From: Trichosphaerium sp. ATCC 40318
Taxonomy: Eukaryota > Protista > Tubulinea
Assembly (NCBI GenBank): GCA_038496445.1
Contig: JALMLS010000143.1
Coordinates: forward strand, 248,001 to 312,000
Direction of reading: 5' to 3'
Length of the DNA: 64,000 nt
Position numbers and translations under genes: made by a program
Shown: positions 11,601 through 23,459 of the stretch, piece by piece
Layout: each line of letters opens with the position of its first letter
Position numbering within the stretch: the first letter of the stretch is position 1
The notes under the pieces: model-generated
What the model was told of the DNA's origin: nothing
Seen by the model: only the letters and a program-made list of their open reading frames with translations
Databases searched by the model: none

Positions 11601-13556
11601 GCTTTGGTGTTAGTGCTGTAGAAGTTAGAGAGTTAAAGAAGAAAGAGAAGGAAGAAAAACGTCGTAGTAAGAGACTAGAGATGGAGAAGAGAAAGGAGAA
11701 GTATCTTATTGTTAGATTACCTGATGACACATACTGTACTAAGCAGTGGGAACCAGATATAAGTTTATCTGCTATTCTTGATCTTATACGCCGTCAAAGA
11801 CCCGGTTTAGTCTTTTCTAGCGTATTAAGGGATGCTCAAGGAAAGATTTTATCGTTAGATAAGACATTAGGACAGTTAGATGTTTATGAGATACTGTCTG
11901 GTTCAAGGTAGGTTTCGTGAACGCTTTTTGGGACAGCTGTTCTATTTTATTTAATTCGAAATCTCTTTTGTACTGGCCTATATTTGTTGCTCATGGTTCT
12001 TTTTTTAGAAGCACTTCGAATTCTGCTCCTAGTACGCCTAAGGCATTGAGGTTTGGACCAAAATCTCCAATGCGACGTAATTATAAATCTATTGTTACTG
12101 TGGAAGTAGAACCAGAAGCAGCATCTCCAGCTCACGTACGAAACATAACCAAATCAAAAGTGTTTCTTACTTACTGGTTTTTTAAAAATAGATTCCAAGA
12201 CGGTTCACGGTGTTTATGCCAAATAATGAGGTGTCAAGTAATCTAGTAAAGGCAACAGAGGTCCTAGAAGACCTATTGATGAAGATTCGTGATAAACGAG
12301 ACTATCAATTTAATAGCAGTTACATTGCAACAGATATGACTGGAATGCCTCTTAATACACGCCAAACTATTGGTGAACTTGGTGTAGATGCTATTTGGTT
12401 TGGTCATAAGTTCGAAATGGCTACTATAGATAATAACCCATTAAGAGAACTTGATAGAAGTGTTGACTTTCGTACGTTTAAAATTCGATTTTTTTCTTCT
12501 TCTTTTCTGAGCTCTCTTGGGGTAATTCATTGAATGGTGTTTATCGTTTACGCGCACTTTTTTGAGCGCGTAGTGAAGTGTTCTTGGGAGTTTCGTGTTT
12601 ATTTACTTATTTATATTAGATACGGCTGAAATTGGTGGTAGAGATATTATGAGAGGTCAAGATACAAGAAGGAGTCTTGATTTTTGCTTATATGAAGATG
12701 ATAGTCTCCTTGAGACAATCGGAGGGTTAAAGTCAGTTCATAGTAAAGACTTATTGACACTTCTTCCTGTACGTCACTCAACTGAGATTTTCACAAAATT
12801 CAAGAAAATTTCCCCTCGAGCCAGCGTTTAACGCTGTAGGCCAACTTGTCTTCCTGGTTACTGTGTTATTTATGTTTTCGTATAGGATGGTGGAAGACCA
12901 ATGAGAATGCAACGAGTGGGTTCAAGAGGACACCAGAAGGTGATTACAGGGTTTACATATGACGATCTAAAAGGAGACAGGTATGCTTGCATTCATCACA
13001 AAATAAAAACGACGTTATACTTACGTATTCCAAGAAATCGCCGAACTCTTATTTCTCATATTAAACATGAGAACAAGCGCATTCAAAGGAAGTCAAAACG
13101 TCAAAGTAGTGCTCGATCAAGGTAAGTTTTTTTTGGATTTTTTGGGGTTTTTTTTGGATATCTTAGCGCTAATTAACGTTTATTTAGGAAGCGTGTTGAG
13201 TGTTTTACAAGTAGAGCTAATGCTCATGACATGACAGATATGGCATTATTTGATCTCTGGAGAGAGAAAGAGACAGATTTTGCTACCTTTCGAAATTCCA
13301 CAACACCTTTCAATTATGCCATGGCTAATGTCCCAGTACATACACATACTTCTGTAATAGATGTCTCCCCCAGGAGACGTTCTTCTATAGCTTCAGATAC
13401 AAGAACTTCAGAAGCACCATTACGTTATGAAGACTATTATGATGTAAGTGATATCTTTCTTATTTTATTAACACTTTTTTCTCATTAATTTCGTTGTACT
13501 CACTCTTTTAACAGCACATGACCAGTCTTGTACGTCGAACAAAGAAGATGCGATAG
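8690..13556 (+). CDS. Large multi-exon protein: basic Ser-Pro-rich N-terminus plus six tandem RBD-like (beta-grasp) domains
   Basis: Repeated pattern hxhxLP...L..hh......D..G..h....hh..h...hxhG seen six times between about 10180 and 12405. Start 8690 and stop 13554-13556 inferred from in-phase splicing of the terminal exons. Confidence 0.65.
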
Positions 13557-14064
13557 CACGGTTTTTAGAAAAGTTATATAAAATAGTGACATGTATACCA
13601 GTGTACACGTGTAGTATAGATGAGGTTGTACATACCTGTTTGTTTTCAAAAAAAGAAACAACAGGTTATTCTGCAAAAAAAATACAAAATAAAAAGTACA
13701 GCCATTAAATTTTAACACAAGAGACTAAATTTATGATAATACAGTACTTCAATAAATTACTAAATCAAACATTAGGTGGTTTAATATAACGAGAAATACG
13801 AAGTAGTTTTGTGGGTTTTTTTTTCATAACAATCTTTTCACATAAAACGAGTTGAAAACTTAAGTATTAGAAAGCTTTGACGTAATTTGTGGTCATACGA
13901 CTTATGCAAAATATTGTTTGAGCTCTTCACAGTTCCGGAACTAGAAATTCGCGCATTTTAGTAAAATAGCAGTTGACTTGGTAGAGGCGAACAGTCCAAG
14001 ATTGTGATGAGAAAATTACTTCTGGGACAGAGAACGAAACTTGTTTTTATTCTTTACGTTTAAA

Positions 14065-14391
14065 TCAATACAACGAAGCTTTAAGTTTAGCAAAGTCTTT
14101 CCCTAATAGGGCTAGTTTCATTTGCCTTTCGAAATCAGTCTTAGTTTCCCTGCAATACTTAGCACTTTCCTTGGCCCCTTCACATTGATTATCTGCATAC
14201 ATTGGTCGTACAACAGTGTAGCAATCTTTGGCACTTAAGCTATAGGTTCCTGACTTCTGTCGGAGAAGTTCCTTTAAAAGCTTCACTTGTTCACCACGTG
14301 AAGCCTTTCTGACTGCATTTGCGATAGCTTTCACCTGAGAATCTGAAATGCGGGGGCTTGGTTTCGAAAGGTACTGTCCTACGCGTGGCAT
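14065..14391 (-). CDS. Small predicted helical protein of unknown function (108 aa or more)
   Basis: Clean ATG-to-stop ORF with protein-like composition; the 5' end may extend by splicing; no firm family motif. Confidence 0.45.
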   Translation of the reverse strand: MPRVGQYLSKPSPRISDSQVKAIANAVRKASRGEQVKLLKELLRQKSGTYSLSAKDCYTVVRPMYADNQCEGAKESAKYCRETKTDFERQMKLALLGKDFAKLKASLY

Positions 14392-15680
14392 TCTGCTTGA
14401 GTGGTATGATGCTGGTTGTTTGTAAATTATGATTGTATGTACAGCAAGAATTTACTAGACTTTTTTTAGACTTTACAGTAAAACACTTACCGTAAACGTT
14501 ATTCGCTCAATCCACAAATATTGCTGATGCGCGTTTTAGGATAAATGTCAGGCAAGTAGTTGCTTCCTTGTATGATATAACCACAATACAATAGTCACCA
14601 AAAAAGCATGGATACAGTCTATTTTTTTTCGCTGTTTTGTCTCTGAGACAATGACTAGGCGTGTTGGGTATGTTTTGGTGTTTGCGTTTTTACAACATTA
14701 CATGACCATTACTTGAATATTTCTTAGCTAAAAAAGAGGAATAACGTAGATAAAAAATATTGCTGGTGTTGTCCACGTGATAACTTGGTCTTCTTGATCA
14801 ATAGTGGTAATTATCAAAAACTACACAACAGCTAGTCAGAAAATACCAAACTATCTGTAAGGTTCTGAGGATTAAAATAAGAGAAACGTAAGCTGCCACT
14901 CAGGATTCAATGTAAGTACGTCGTGTCTATTTATTGTAATACTACATTCCTTTTTTGTTTTGAATGTGTTGACCAACTGTAAGGATAAATGTGCTCGCCA
15001 TGGAATGATCAGTGTCAACACCAATATCAAAATTACAAGAATAGCTACAACTATAATTTCTATCACTTCTGGTAGCACTGGAAAATCAGAGCCACAATCC
15101 GATTGTGTTGAACAGGATTAAGAAAATAAGATGACTAAACTTGTTGTTATTATGCACTTTGTTTAAAGTCTGCAAGTGATACGTTTTATTATCAATTTCC
15201 AATCACGAAGTAATTTAAGTGGCATTTTATCTGCATAGATTTGAGTGAAACGTCTTTTTTTTCTTTTGAGTTTATTAATATAGCGATTGTTCCAAACGTA
15301 TAGATGTACAAATTGGATAAAAAATAATATCTCAGTTTTTTCGGATATGGCTAAATTACGGCCTTATAACTGTCCTTCAACCATTTTTTAACATCCTCAC
15401 AACGTATGAGACAATTTTCAGTCAAAGGGACGATCAAAACTACAAAATTATGTTAAAATGTTTTACCTCAAGCGCTGGCTATTTCTACGCATCGAAAGTA
15501 ATAAAAAGTGGTTTTGCGGCGACAGTAAAAAAAAAATCACGTGGCGGGCATATTGTCAAAAAAACGTCACCACTATCATTGTCAACGTATTTCTCTGTTT
15601 ACCGTACAGTACTGTAGTTGCTGCATATTTTTATAGACAACGAAGCTACAGCCTACCGCCAAGCCAAGTATTACAACAAA

Positions 15681-16951
15681 ATGAAAAGCGCTCATCACAT
15701 ACGTCATTTATTAGATTCGATTAATCTGGTTAGCACAGAAAAAGGCGTATTTGACCTTATTTCACTTCCAGTCGAATTAATAGTTCATATTCTGAAGCAA
15801 GGGACATATACACTCCCTGCAGCCCAAACTTGCCACTTTCTCCATGATATCGTTCATATCCATGTTGGATACAATGAAATCATCGTTAATAGCGACCACG
15901 AAGTTTCATTGCTTTCTGGTAGTCCGTTACTGCAAAATACACCAATTTGTTTTGGACCATTTAACCCAACTGACTGTGACTTGCGTTTATTTGCAGGAGT
16001 ACACACTATTAACCTCATGTTTTGCTCTGAAATAACAGGTGAGGGTGTCAAAGCATTAACTGGAGTACATGATATTAATTTGGAACTTACAAATGTTGTA
16101 GATGAAGGTTTGAAGTCATTGGCAGGAGTACACACTATTGACCTCAGGTTTTGCTCTGAAATAACAGATGAGGGTGTCAAAGCGTTAGCTGGAGTACATG
16201 GTATTAATTTGAAATGTACAAATGTTACAGATGAGGGTGTCAAAGCATTAACTGGAGTACATGCAATAAATTTGGAACAAACAAACGTTACAGATGAGGG
16301 TGTCAGAGCATTAACTGGAGTACATGAAATAAATTTGGAACATACATATGTTACAGATGAATGTTTGAAGGTATTAGCAGGAGTACACACTATTAAACTC
16401 AGGTTTTGCCGTGAAATAACAGATGAGGGTGTCAAAGCATTAGCTGGAGTACATGAAATTAACTTGTCAAATACAAATATTTCAGATGACAGTTTGAAGG
16501 CGTTGGTAGGAGTACACACTATTAACCTCAGGTTTTGCTCTGAAATAACAGATGAGGGTGTCAAAGCATTAGCTGGAGTACATGAAATTAAAACATACAA
16601 ACATTACAGATGAAGGTGTGAAGTCATACATAACATTAGCAGATGAGTAGGTGATGAAGGTCATTGGCAGGGATACATACTATTTGTTTGTGTAATTGTA
16701 CAAGGATAACAGATGAGGGTATCAAAGCGTTAACCGGGGTATATGAAATAAATTTGCAAAGTACAAATGTCACAGATGAGGGTGTCAAAGCATTAGCTGG
16801 AGTACATAAAATTAACTTGTCAAATACAAATATTTCAGATGACAGTTTGAAGGCGTTGGTAGGAGTGCACACTATAATATTGAAATTCTGCCGCTACATA
16901 TCAAATAATGGTATAAAGGCCTTGGTAGGCACAGACTATATATTAACATAA
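15681..16951 (+). pseudogene. F-box plus LRR array gene with a frame disruption at about 16590-16660 (or a truncated CDS ending at 16613)
   Basis: FDLISLPVELIVHIL F-box-like motif; 21/22-aa units such as LAGVHTIDLRFCSEITDEGVKA; the array resumes in ORF 16664-16951. Confidence 0.8.
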
Positions 16952-18362
16952 ACACATCAAGACAAGGCAAATTGTTTAAAAGACAAAAAAAACACAACAT
17001 AAAATATATATTGTATTTAATAGAATGGTTGTACGAGTGGGTTACAAATATATGGTTCAAGTGATTCAACTAATCTACAAACAGAAATACCAGATAAATC
17101 TGATTTGAAAAACATACAATACAATAAATAGAGCCATTCCAACAAGCCATAGTTTGAATATTTAAAAGAATTGTATCTCTAAAACGAAAATCTTTCATTT
17201 TCTTTTCACCATCAACGTCTAATTTAAAAGAAGCAAAAAATCCATTAGAAAGACTCCATACAGCCACTATATTTGATTCTCCATCATCGTAGTGTTTTGG
17301 CATTCTTGATGCTACAGCAAACTCACCATAGCAACAAGATTTAGAAGATGAAGACGACTTTTTGTGTTACTCCGTTTGTGATACCTATTAAGATATAATA
17401 AACACCTCCAGGCCCGGTTCAATCACTGCTCCAGCCAATACAACACCAACTTTACTTTTACTTTTATTTGTCTGCATTGCATCGGACGACCCAATTGCAG
17501 ACTAGCTTACATTGGAGCTAGTCAAGGGTTTACATAGGAGTTGCACCTACTGCTCTCAACGCGGGAAGAGCAAGACACCTCATTAGTCTTCCGTGAGGAC
17601 TGTAATTGTGCGTTTGTGAGCCTGCCACCCAGATATGATCATGTCAAGCTGAAAAAGCTGACCAAGTTCGTAGAAAGTTGGATATAATGTTGGATTTGAT
17701 GAACGCCTGTAAGTGTTCTTGTTTGAACCTGTAGAGAAAGTTTCTTCGGGAGCACATGCTACTACTGTGATGTATGTTGTTGTATTCAAGCCATACCATG
17801 TGTAAAAGGACTAAGATGTATAGTGTGGATGGAGTGTGTACTTAAGCTTTTCAGCAGCACACAGTATACTAGCAAGGTTTGCGTGAGGCGATTGGAACAG
17901 GATCCAAGTGATAGTAATTTGTGGAGTGTTGTATGAGCACTTGTGTTATTGTAATTTTTTGATATTTCGTTTTAGGTTTGGTTTTTTCTTTGCTTTATTA
18001 TTTTTTCAGTAAGAGTGCGGATGATCGCACGATGAGCCAGATCACGTAGCAAGGGGAGATATGTCCAGAAGGGTTCTTGTAATACAATACAACCAAAGAA
18101 AAAGTAGCTGCCATTGCTGCTGCCAAGAAGGCATGAGCAAGTACGGACTATAACATGGCTTTTTAACAAAGCGCAATACCATTAGTAGATTGTCTTCACA
18201 ATACAACAATAAGTAGTAAAAAGATCTCGAATATACAGTGATCTTGTTTAGTATTTTGGCTTCTCCGTTCCTTCATCTCGTAACTTTTAGTGGAAAACCA
18301 GTTTAAACAAATACTAAACTTTATTTGTCCCAAAGCACTTTTTAGTACTTGAATGGTTGAAC

Positions 18363-18727
18363 TAACGCCCTTCCGTTATGAATGAATAATTTGAATATTC
18401 AAATACAGCCTACATTCACAAATATTCACGACTAAAAAAATTCATTCATTATTCATGCACACAGTAAACGGTCGAAAATTGTGCAATTTATGGCTGATTT
18501 TGACTGGATTTGTGGGTTTTGGTGTTCTGTTGACTATTCCGATTCGGTTTTCAAATGCAACTTTTTGAATCTATCCATTTGGAACATCGCTAGGTGCTAC
18601 AAACCAAAAGCTCCTCAACTTCCTGACTCGCCAAACGCCCATGAATATTCATGAATGAATATTAATGAATATGGCTTACGGGACAATGAATATGAATATT
18701 GCTTGTATTCATAACGGAAGGGCGTTA
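18363..18727. mobile_element. 365-bp MITE (family B), perfect 21-bp TIRs and 8-bp target site duplication, hAT-like
   Basis: TIR TAACGCCCTTCCGTTATGAAT (18363-18383) and ATTCATAACGGAAGGGCGTTA (18707-18727); GGTTGAAC flanks both sides (18355-18362, 18728-18735); many subterminal ATGAAT/ATTCAT motifs. Confidence 0.9.
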
Positions 18728-19033
18728 GGTTGAACTTGTTTATTTAGTGTCATTTAGTTTCTCGTCAATTGTTTGGACTTAACACAAGCTGTAGCAATGA
18801 TCCATGTTATACTTTATAATCTACTAACGTTATACAATCCTCTAGTCTCTTCTCACCAGAACAAATAAGTCGCTGCAAGAGAAACTTTAAGTGTTGTACT
18901 TATTCACTTAATACTCGACCGAGACTTAATAGAAGTAATCAAGCGCTCCGCCACGTCATCTCAACTTACTGGAGTGTAACGATATTTAACTTTGAGGCAA
19001 AAGATCAAGCTATTCTTCCGTAGTTGTATTGTT

Positions 19034-20130
19034 ATGTTTAAAAATACGCACTGTGCTGTATTCGCACTTGTTTTGTGCCATGTACATTGTTTACATCCAA
19101 AGCAATGCTAACACGTCCTTAGGTCTTTGCTACAGCTTTCTACACGAAGACAACAGGCAGTGTAGCTGATGACGACCTTGCTATTTACTTTTATGATGCT
19201 GGAGGCGTCGTTTCGCCGTTTCATGATATTCCCACATGGGCAGACGAAGAAAAAGGTAAGTTCAAAGTGACTAATAAAGTCGCTTTATCTCGAAGTTTTT
19301 TTAACCCTTTGAGTCATAGGAATTGCCAATTTTATTGTAGAGATACCAAAAGGTGATAAATTGAAGCTTGAGATATCAAGAACAGTGGAGTTTAATCCTA
19401 TTTTACCCGACAGAGAAGATGGTATGGACGACTTTTCTAGTTGCTGATCTAATTCTGAGCGTGTTTCTGTAGGTGAGATCAGGTATTCTTCTTTACAGTA
19501 TCCGGTAAACTATGGCGCATTGCCTAGGACATGGGAGAATCCTACTGTTGTTGATGAATGGACACAGCAGTTTGGTGATAAAGATCCTATTGATGTTTGT
19601 GAAATAGGAAAGATTGTAAGAACACCAGGTGATATTGTACCTTGTAAGGTAAGTATTAACGCCCATTGGTATTATTGTTATTATAATGTATGTAAACACT
19701 TTTAGGTACTGGGTACATTTGCATTAATAGATGGAGGAGAAACAGATTGGAAGGTTGTTTGTATTGGAACAGATGAAGAAATAAGTGCTAAACTTAACTC
19801 AATTGCTGATATTGAAGAGCACTTACCAGGTGACCTTTTCTTGCATCGTCATAATCTACCCTACTAATGCTTTTAATAGGAAAACTTAAAGAGATTCATG
19901 ACTACCTTCGTGACTATAAAATCCCTAAAGGAAAACCTGCAAATGTTTTTGCTTTTGAAGGAGAATTCAAAGACTCAAGCTTTGCAAATGAAGTTATTAA
20001 GTCAACACAGAGAGAATGGAGACGTTTGCTTAATGGTGAAGTACCTACAAAAGGAGAGAACTACGAGATAAATGTCAAGACAATGAGAACAACAGATTCA
20101 GTGTACTACCAAGAACACAATGAATTGTAG
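19034..20130 (+). CDS. Family I soluble inorganic pyrophosphatase with putative signal peptide and C-terminal HNEL
   Basis: VSPFHDIP, VEIPKGDKLKLEI, YPVNYGALPRTWE, GDKDPIDV, IDGGETDWK, DYKIPKGKP; spliced N-terminus MFKNTHCAVFALVLCHVFATAFY. Confidence 0.93.
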
Positions 20131-21322
20131 ATTAACAAGTGTATTTTATTTAAACATGACAAAACCAAGGCTGCTATTGTTCACCCAAGCAATAATTATG
20201 TTGAGATGAATGTGTTAGAGAACGATAGGCTAGTTAATTAAGTATTCCATTGTTGCCAAATCATAGTGTTCAACATTAACTCTTGTGCTGTCAAACTACA
20301 ATAAAACAGGAAACTAATAGTTGTGGAATCTTTGTTACAAAAATGCACAAAGTAGAGTGCACTACAAAAAATTGCCGTTAACGCACTGATCGTGGTAAAC
20401 GGGTACATGTTTTCTTCTATGAGGTTGTCAACCATAACTACATGGACAAGTCATTCTCATGCCAGTTTATATGACTCCAAACTATTCCACCCAAAGCCGA
20501 TTGAAAACAAATTCCATAAAAGGGAAATAAACCCAGATTGTTTACAGAGTTCACTACAACTGAGCTTCCTGTTTACGTCCCATACGAAGTAAATAGCCGG
20601 TGGATGGTATTATAAAGTGTGTTTAGAATGATATACACAACTTGGGGAATGCCGTTTTTTCACACGTGCGACGAACTCTGACTTTGTGCAATTAGTTACC
20701 TCAAAAGTATGCATCATGTCTCGTATGTACCACTACACGTCTGGTAAACAAGGATCAAGCCGCATAGGCGTATGCTCAATAGTACATCTGGTAAAAGCCT
20801 GGACGAACTATATTCAGGTAAAGTAAGTGTCTTGCGCAACTGAGTTCTCGCATAAAACAACTTTTGGAGCTATCCTTAATGCTAAATCATTCGTTTCTAA
20901 GAATACAGGTGTTAGTTCAAGCTTCACAGATGCTTCTAACTCCAACTTGTAATAACAATAATAAAGACCTTTATCACTGCAGTACGGACATTCCTACTTA
21001 ACATCAACTGTTTCATTAGATATCCAGTATGGATAAAACTGTTTCAAGTGCAAAACAACCCGCTGAATTGCTGTGCTAGGCCGAAGACCCAATTGTATTC
21101 AGAAACCAAACATTGCTTACACTGAAAATATATACGTGTCTTATTCTTCACGCCTTACCCGCTTCTATACCATCAAACCTGTTCGATAATTGTCCAATAA
21201 AAAACAGCTAAAAAACAATGACAATGGCTAGCAAAGTATCACAAGAAAATTCTTTATTGTTGTCTACAAGAAGTTCATTAAGTCTTACATCACAATATGT
21301 TGTTAAGGCACACGTATACTAT

Positions 21323-22276
21323 TTATGACTTGTACATTGTAAGATTTACAATGTTGCTATGTATCAACGCAGAGTGTCCATAAACTTCTTCACAGTACCT
21401 TTCTTTATAGGTTTTTACCTGAAAAAATACTTGGAGCGGAAACACATCAGGTGTGTTAGCATCTGCAACATGAGTGTGATAATCTTTTGCTTGAAGAGAA
21501 AAGATACCCGTATACCTAATTAAAGGCATACAAGCTATTGGTCTGGGTGCCATGGCAATATTAAACAAGAAAGGTATTTCAAACTTTTTTTTTTCTCCTG
21601 CCTTCAAAATGGCTGAAAAATCTTGCATTCTTGCATCAGGCGAATGGTAACTTGGTCCATAAAAATCCTTTTTGTTATTGAGATAACTACGTGGGTCACT
21701 GACAGTAGGTTTCCATATATATAAAGCACTTCCGCCTTCAATAACAGAACATTCATCAAAAATAAAATCGTGACCGTGACCAAGAAAAATGGTTTCTTCA
21801 TTTTTACCAATATTCTCAAGTACGAGCTTGAATGTTACTGTCTCTCCTTTATGAATATTTGTCTTATCGCTAGTCAGCTCTGATACAATATTAGGAACAA
21901 GTCTATTTTTATACTTCTCTTTCCACGTGCTAGCATCAACATTATACAAAGTCGGTGGCATTTCGAAAGTCGTTGTCAGTGGCGAGTATCCATCGTTTAA
22001 ATTTTTCTTAAGCTTCTCCTCTATTATGTCGTGGACTAGAGTCTCTATTTCTTCGGCGTCGGTACCCCATTTCTGATGGTACAACCGTTTGTAGATGTAT
22101 TCTTCGTCGGTTCGAATTATTTCGTTTAGAAAGTGGTTTGATTGTTGTAGTGAAGCTAAATCTTGCCACGAGAGGTTGTTACTCACAATAATATTTGAGA
22201 GTATCTCGAGAGGCAATGAAAATAACTTTGCGCTGTAAGTACATTCCGGAGAAGGAGGAGCACGCTTCGATTCCAT
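21323..22276 (-). CDS. Intronless F-box protein with a C-terminal beta-sandwich-like region, 317 aa
   Basis: LFSLPLEILSNII...LSWQDLASLQQSNHFLNEII F-box, WKEKY motif, then ELTSDKTNIHKGETVTFKLVLENIG. Confidence 0.85.
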   Translation of the reverse strand: MESKRAPPSPECTYSAKLFSLPLEILSNIIVSNNLSWQDLASLQQSNHFLNEIIRTDEEYIYKRLYHQKWGTDAEEIETLVHDIIEEKLKKNLNDGYSPLTTTFEMPPTLYNVDASTWKEKYKNRLVPNIVSELTSDKTNIHKGETVTFKLVLENIGKNEETIFLGHGHDFIFDECSVIEGGSALYIWKPTVSDPRSYLNNKKDFYGPSYHSPDARMQDFSAILKAGEKKKFEIPFLFNIAMAPRPIACMPLIRYTGIFSLQAKDYHTHVADANTPDVFPLQVFFQVKTYKERYCEEVYGHSALIHSNIVNLTMYKS

Positions 22277-22725
22277 TTCAGTGTAGTTTTCTAAAGACTT
22301 TTCAGTGACTGTTGTTGACCAAAAAACCTCGTGACTTTCTTATTAAGTAAAATGCGAATTTTCACAGAACAAGGAAGGTTAAAAACCTTTAGATTTTTAA
22401 ATGCAAGTCCAAAAAAGCGTTGCGAGTAATCGAAGCTATTTTTTCAAATCAAAACAATTCAAAACATAGTTGGTTCAAGCTGATAAACTGTTTATTTTTG
22501 TGTTTTACACACTTCTTCACAATGTAAGACGCCGTCTAAAACAACTACAGCCGGGAAGTTTTATCTATTTACTAGATATTTTTTGTATGGCTGGTGATGG
22601 CCTTTACCAGGTGTTGGACACGTGGCAGAGGAGTTAAACCTCGGTTTTGCATTGAAAAATCGAAAGGTTGGATTTCACTACCAAATTCGTGTATTCTGTT
22701 AAATACTCGGATGTAATTCGCTTTT

Positions 22726-22897
22726 TATTGTCCGTATCATTCAAGTTTGCGACAGGTTTGGCAGAAGTATCAAAGTGTAAGATCTTGCAAGAACTAACAA
22801 AACTGACAGATCTTGTAACTTCTGCTAGTTCTTGCAAGTTCTGTCAGATTTTGTCAGTTTTGATAGTTCTTGCAAGAACTGACAAAGGTTTGATACT
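22726..22897. mobile_element. Family A MITE left end or truncated copy
   Basis: Begins TATTGTCCGTATCATTCAAGTTTG, identical to 1898-1921, followed by the same subterminal CTGACAGATCTTG/AGAACT repeats; no matching right TIR found. Confidence 0.65.
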
Positions 22898-22967
22898 TGT
22901 GGAACCGGTGCAATGTGAATGCATCACATTCTATAACTCGTGACAACGTACCCTGCTTGCCGTCCTT

Positions 22968-23354
22968 ATGTACATTAAGGCAAGATGAAAAAGCACTGTT
23001 CAAAGTCATATCATCTAACAAGACGATCGCAGTATTTTACTTAGGTGCGCTAGAATAGCAACTTACAAAATTATGTAGATATCCGTTACTTGTAAGGAAT
23101 ACGCGTCAAAGGCATCAAAAGTTCTACCAGCGGTACAAACCACGCTTGACGTACCCAAGTAAGCAAAATAGCGGTTTATGCGCATTAACTAAATACAGAC
23201 AAAACCATCTGATTTGGCTGAAATTGTGGCTGCAAACGATGGGAAATTCGCTCGTTCACCATACCGCTCAGCAGCAACAGTTATAACGGTTAACGGCAAA
23301 ACTTCAACAGAGGCTTTGCAAGAAGGGGATGTCGTTCAATTTAGGCCAGAATAA
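22968..23354 (+). CDS. Small MoaD/ThiS-like beta-grasp protein lacking the terminal Gly-Gly
   Basis: Last exon TKPSDLAEIVAAN...VITVNGKTSTEALQEGDVVQFRPE* resembles the VNG...LxxGDxVxFxP pattern. The model needs a GC-AG first intron (AAG|GCAAG); the second donor is ambiguous. Confidence 0.5.
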
Positions 23355-23459
23355 GTGAAAATAACGCCCCAAGTAGAAGGAAGAACAACTTAAATTAGAA
23401 AAACATTTATTATTAAAACAACGGCGATTATAGTAGGAGTACGGAAAAAAACGAAAGCT

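Noticed and set aside
3759-13556. Minor (U12) or otherwise non-canonical introns
   Set aside because: Junctions I traced are GT-AG without the GTATCCTT/ATATCCTT signature; only isolated GC donors were seen elsewhere.
15854-16872. Long antisense ORFs over the LRR array
   Set aside because: Shadow frames of the repetitive sense-strand LRR coding sequence.
15985-16951. CRISPR-like periodicity of constant and variable blocks
   Set aside because: Units are in-frame 63/66-bp protein repeats in a eukaryotic gene; no unique spacers and no cas genes.
17540-17950. Possible decayed RNase H or retroelement relic (GWQAH...NEV; ANLASIL)
   Set aside because: Catalytic acidic residues are not recognisable and frames are broken; needs a translated HMM search.
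20140-21060. Coding-like stretch downstream of the pyrophosphatase
   Set aside because: Stops in all frames examined and no recognisable motif.
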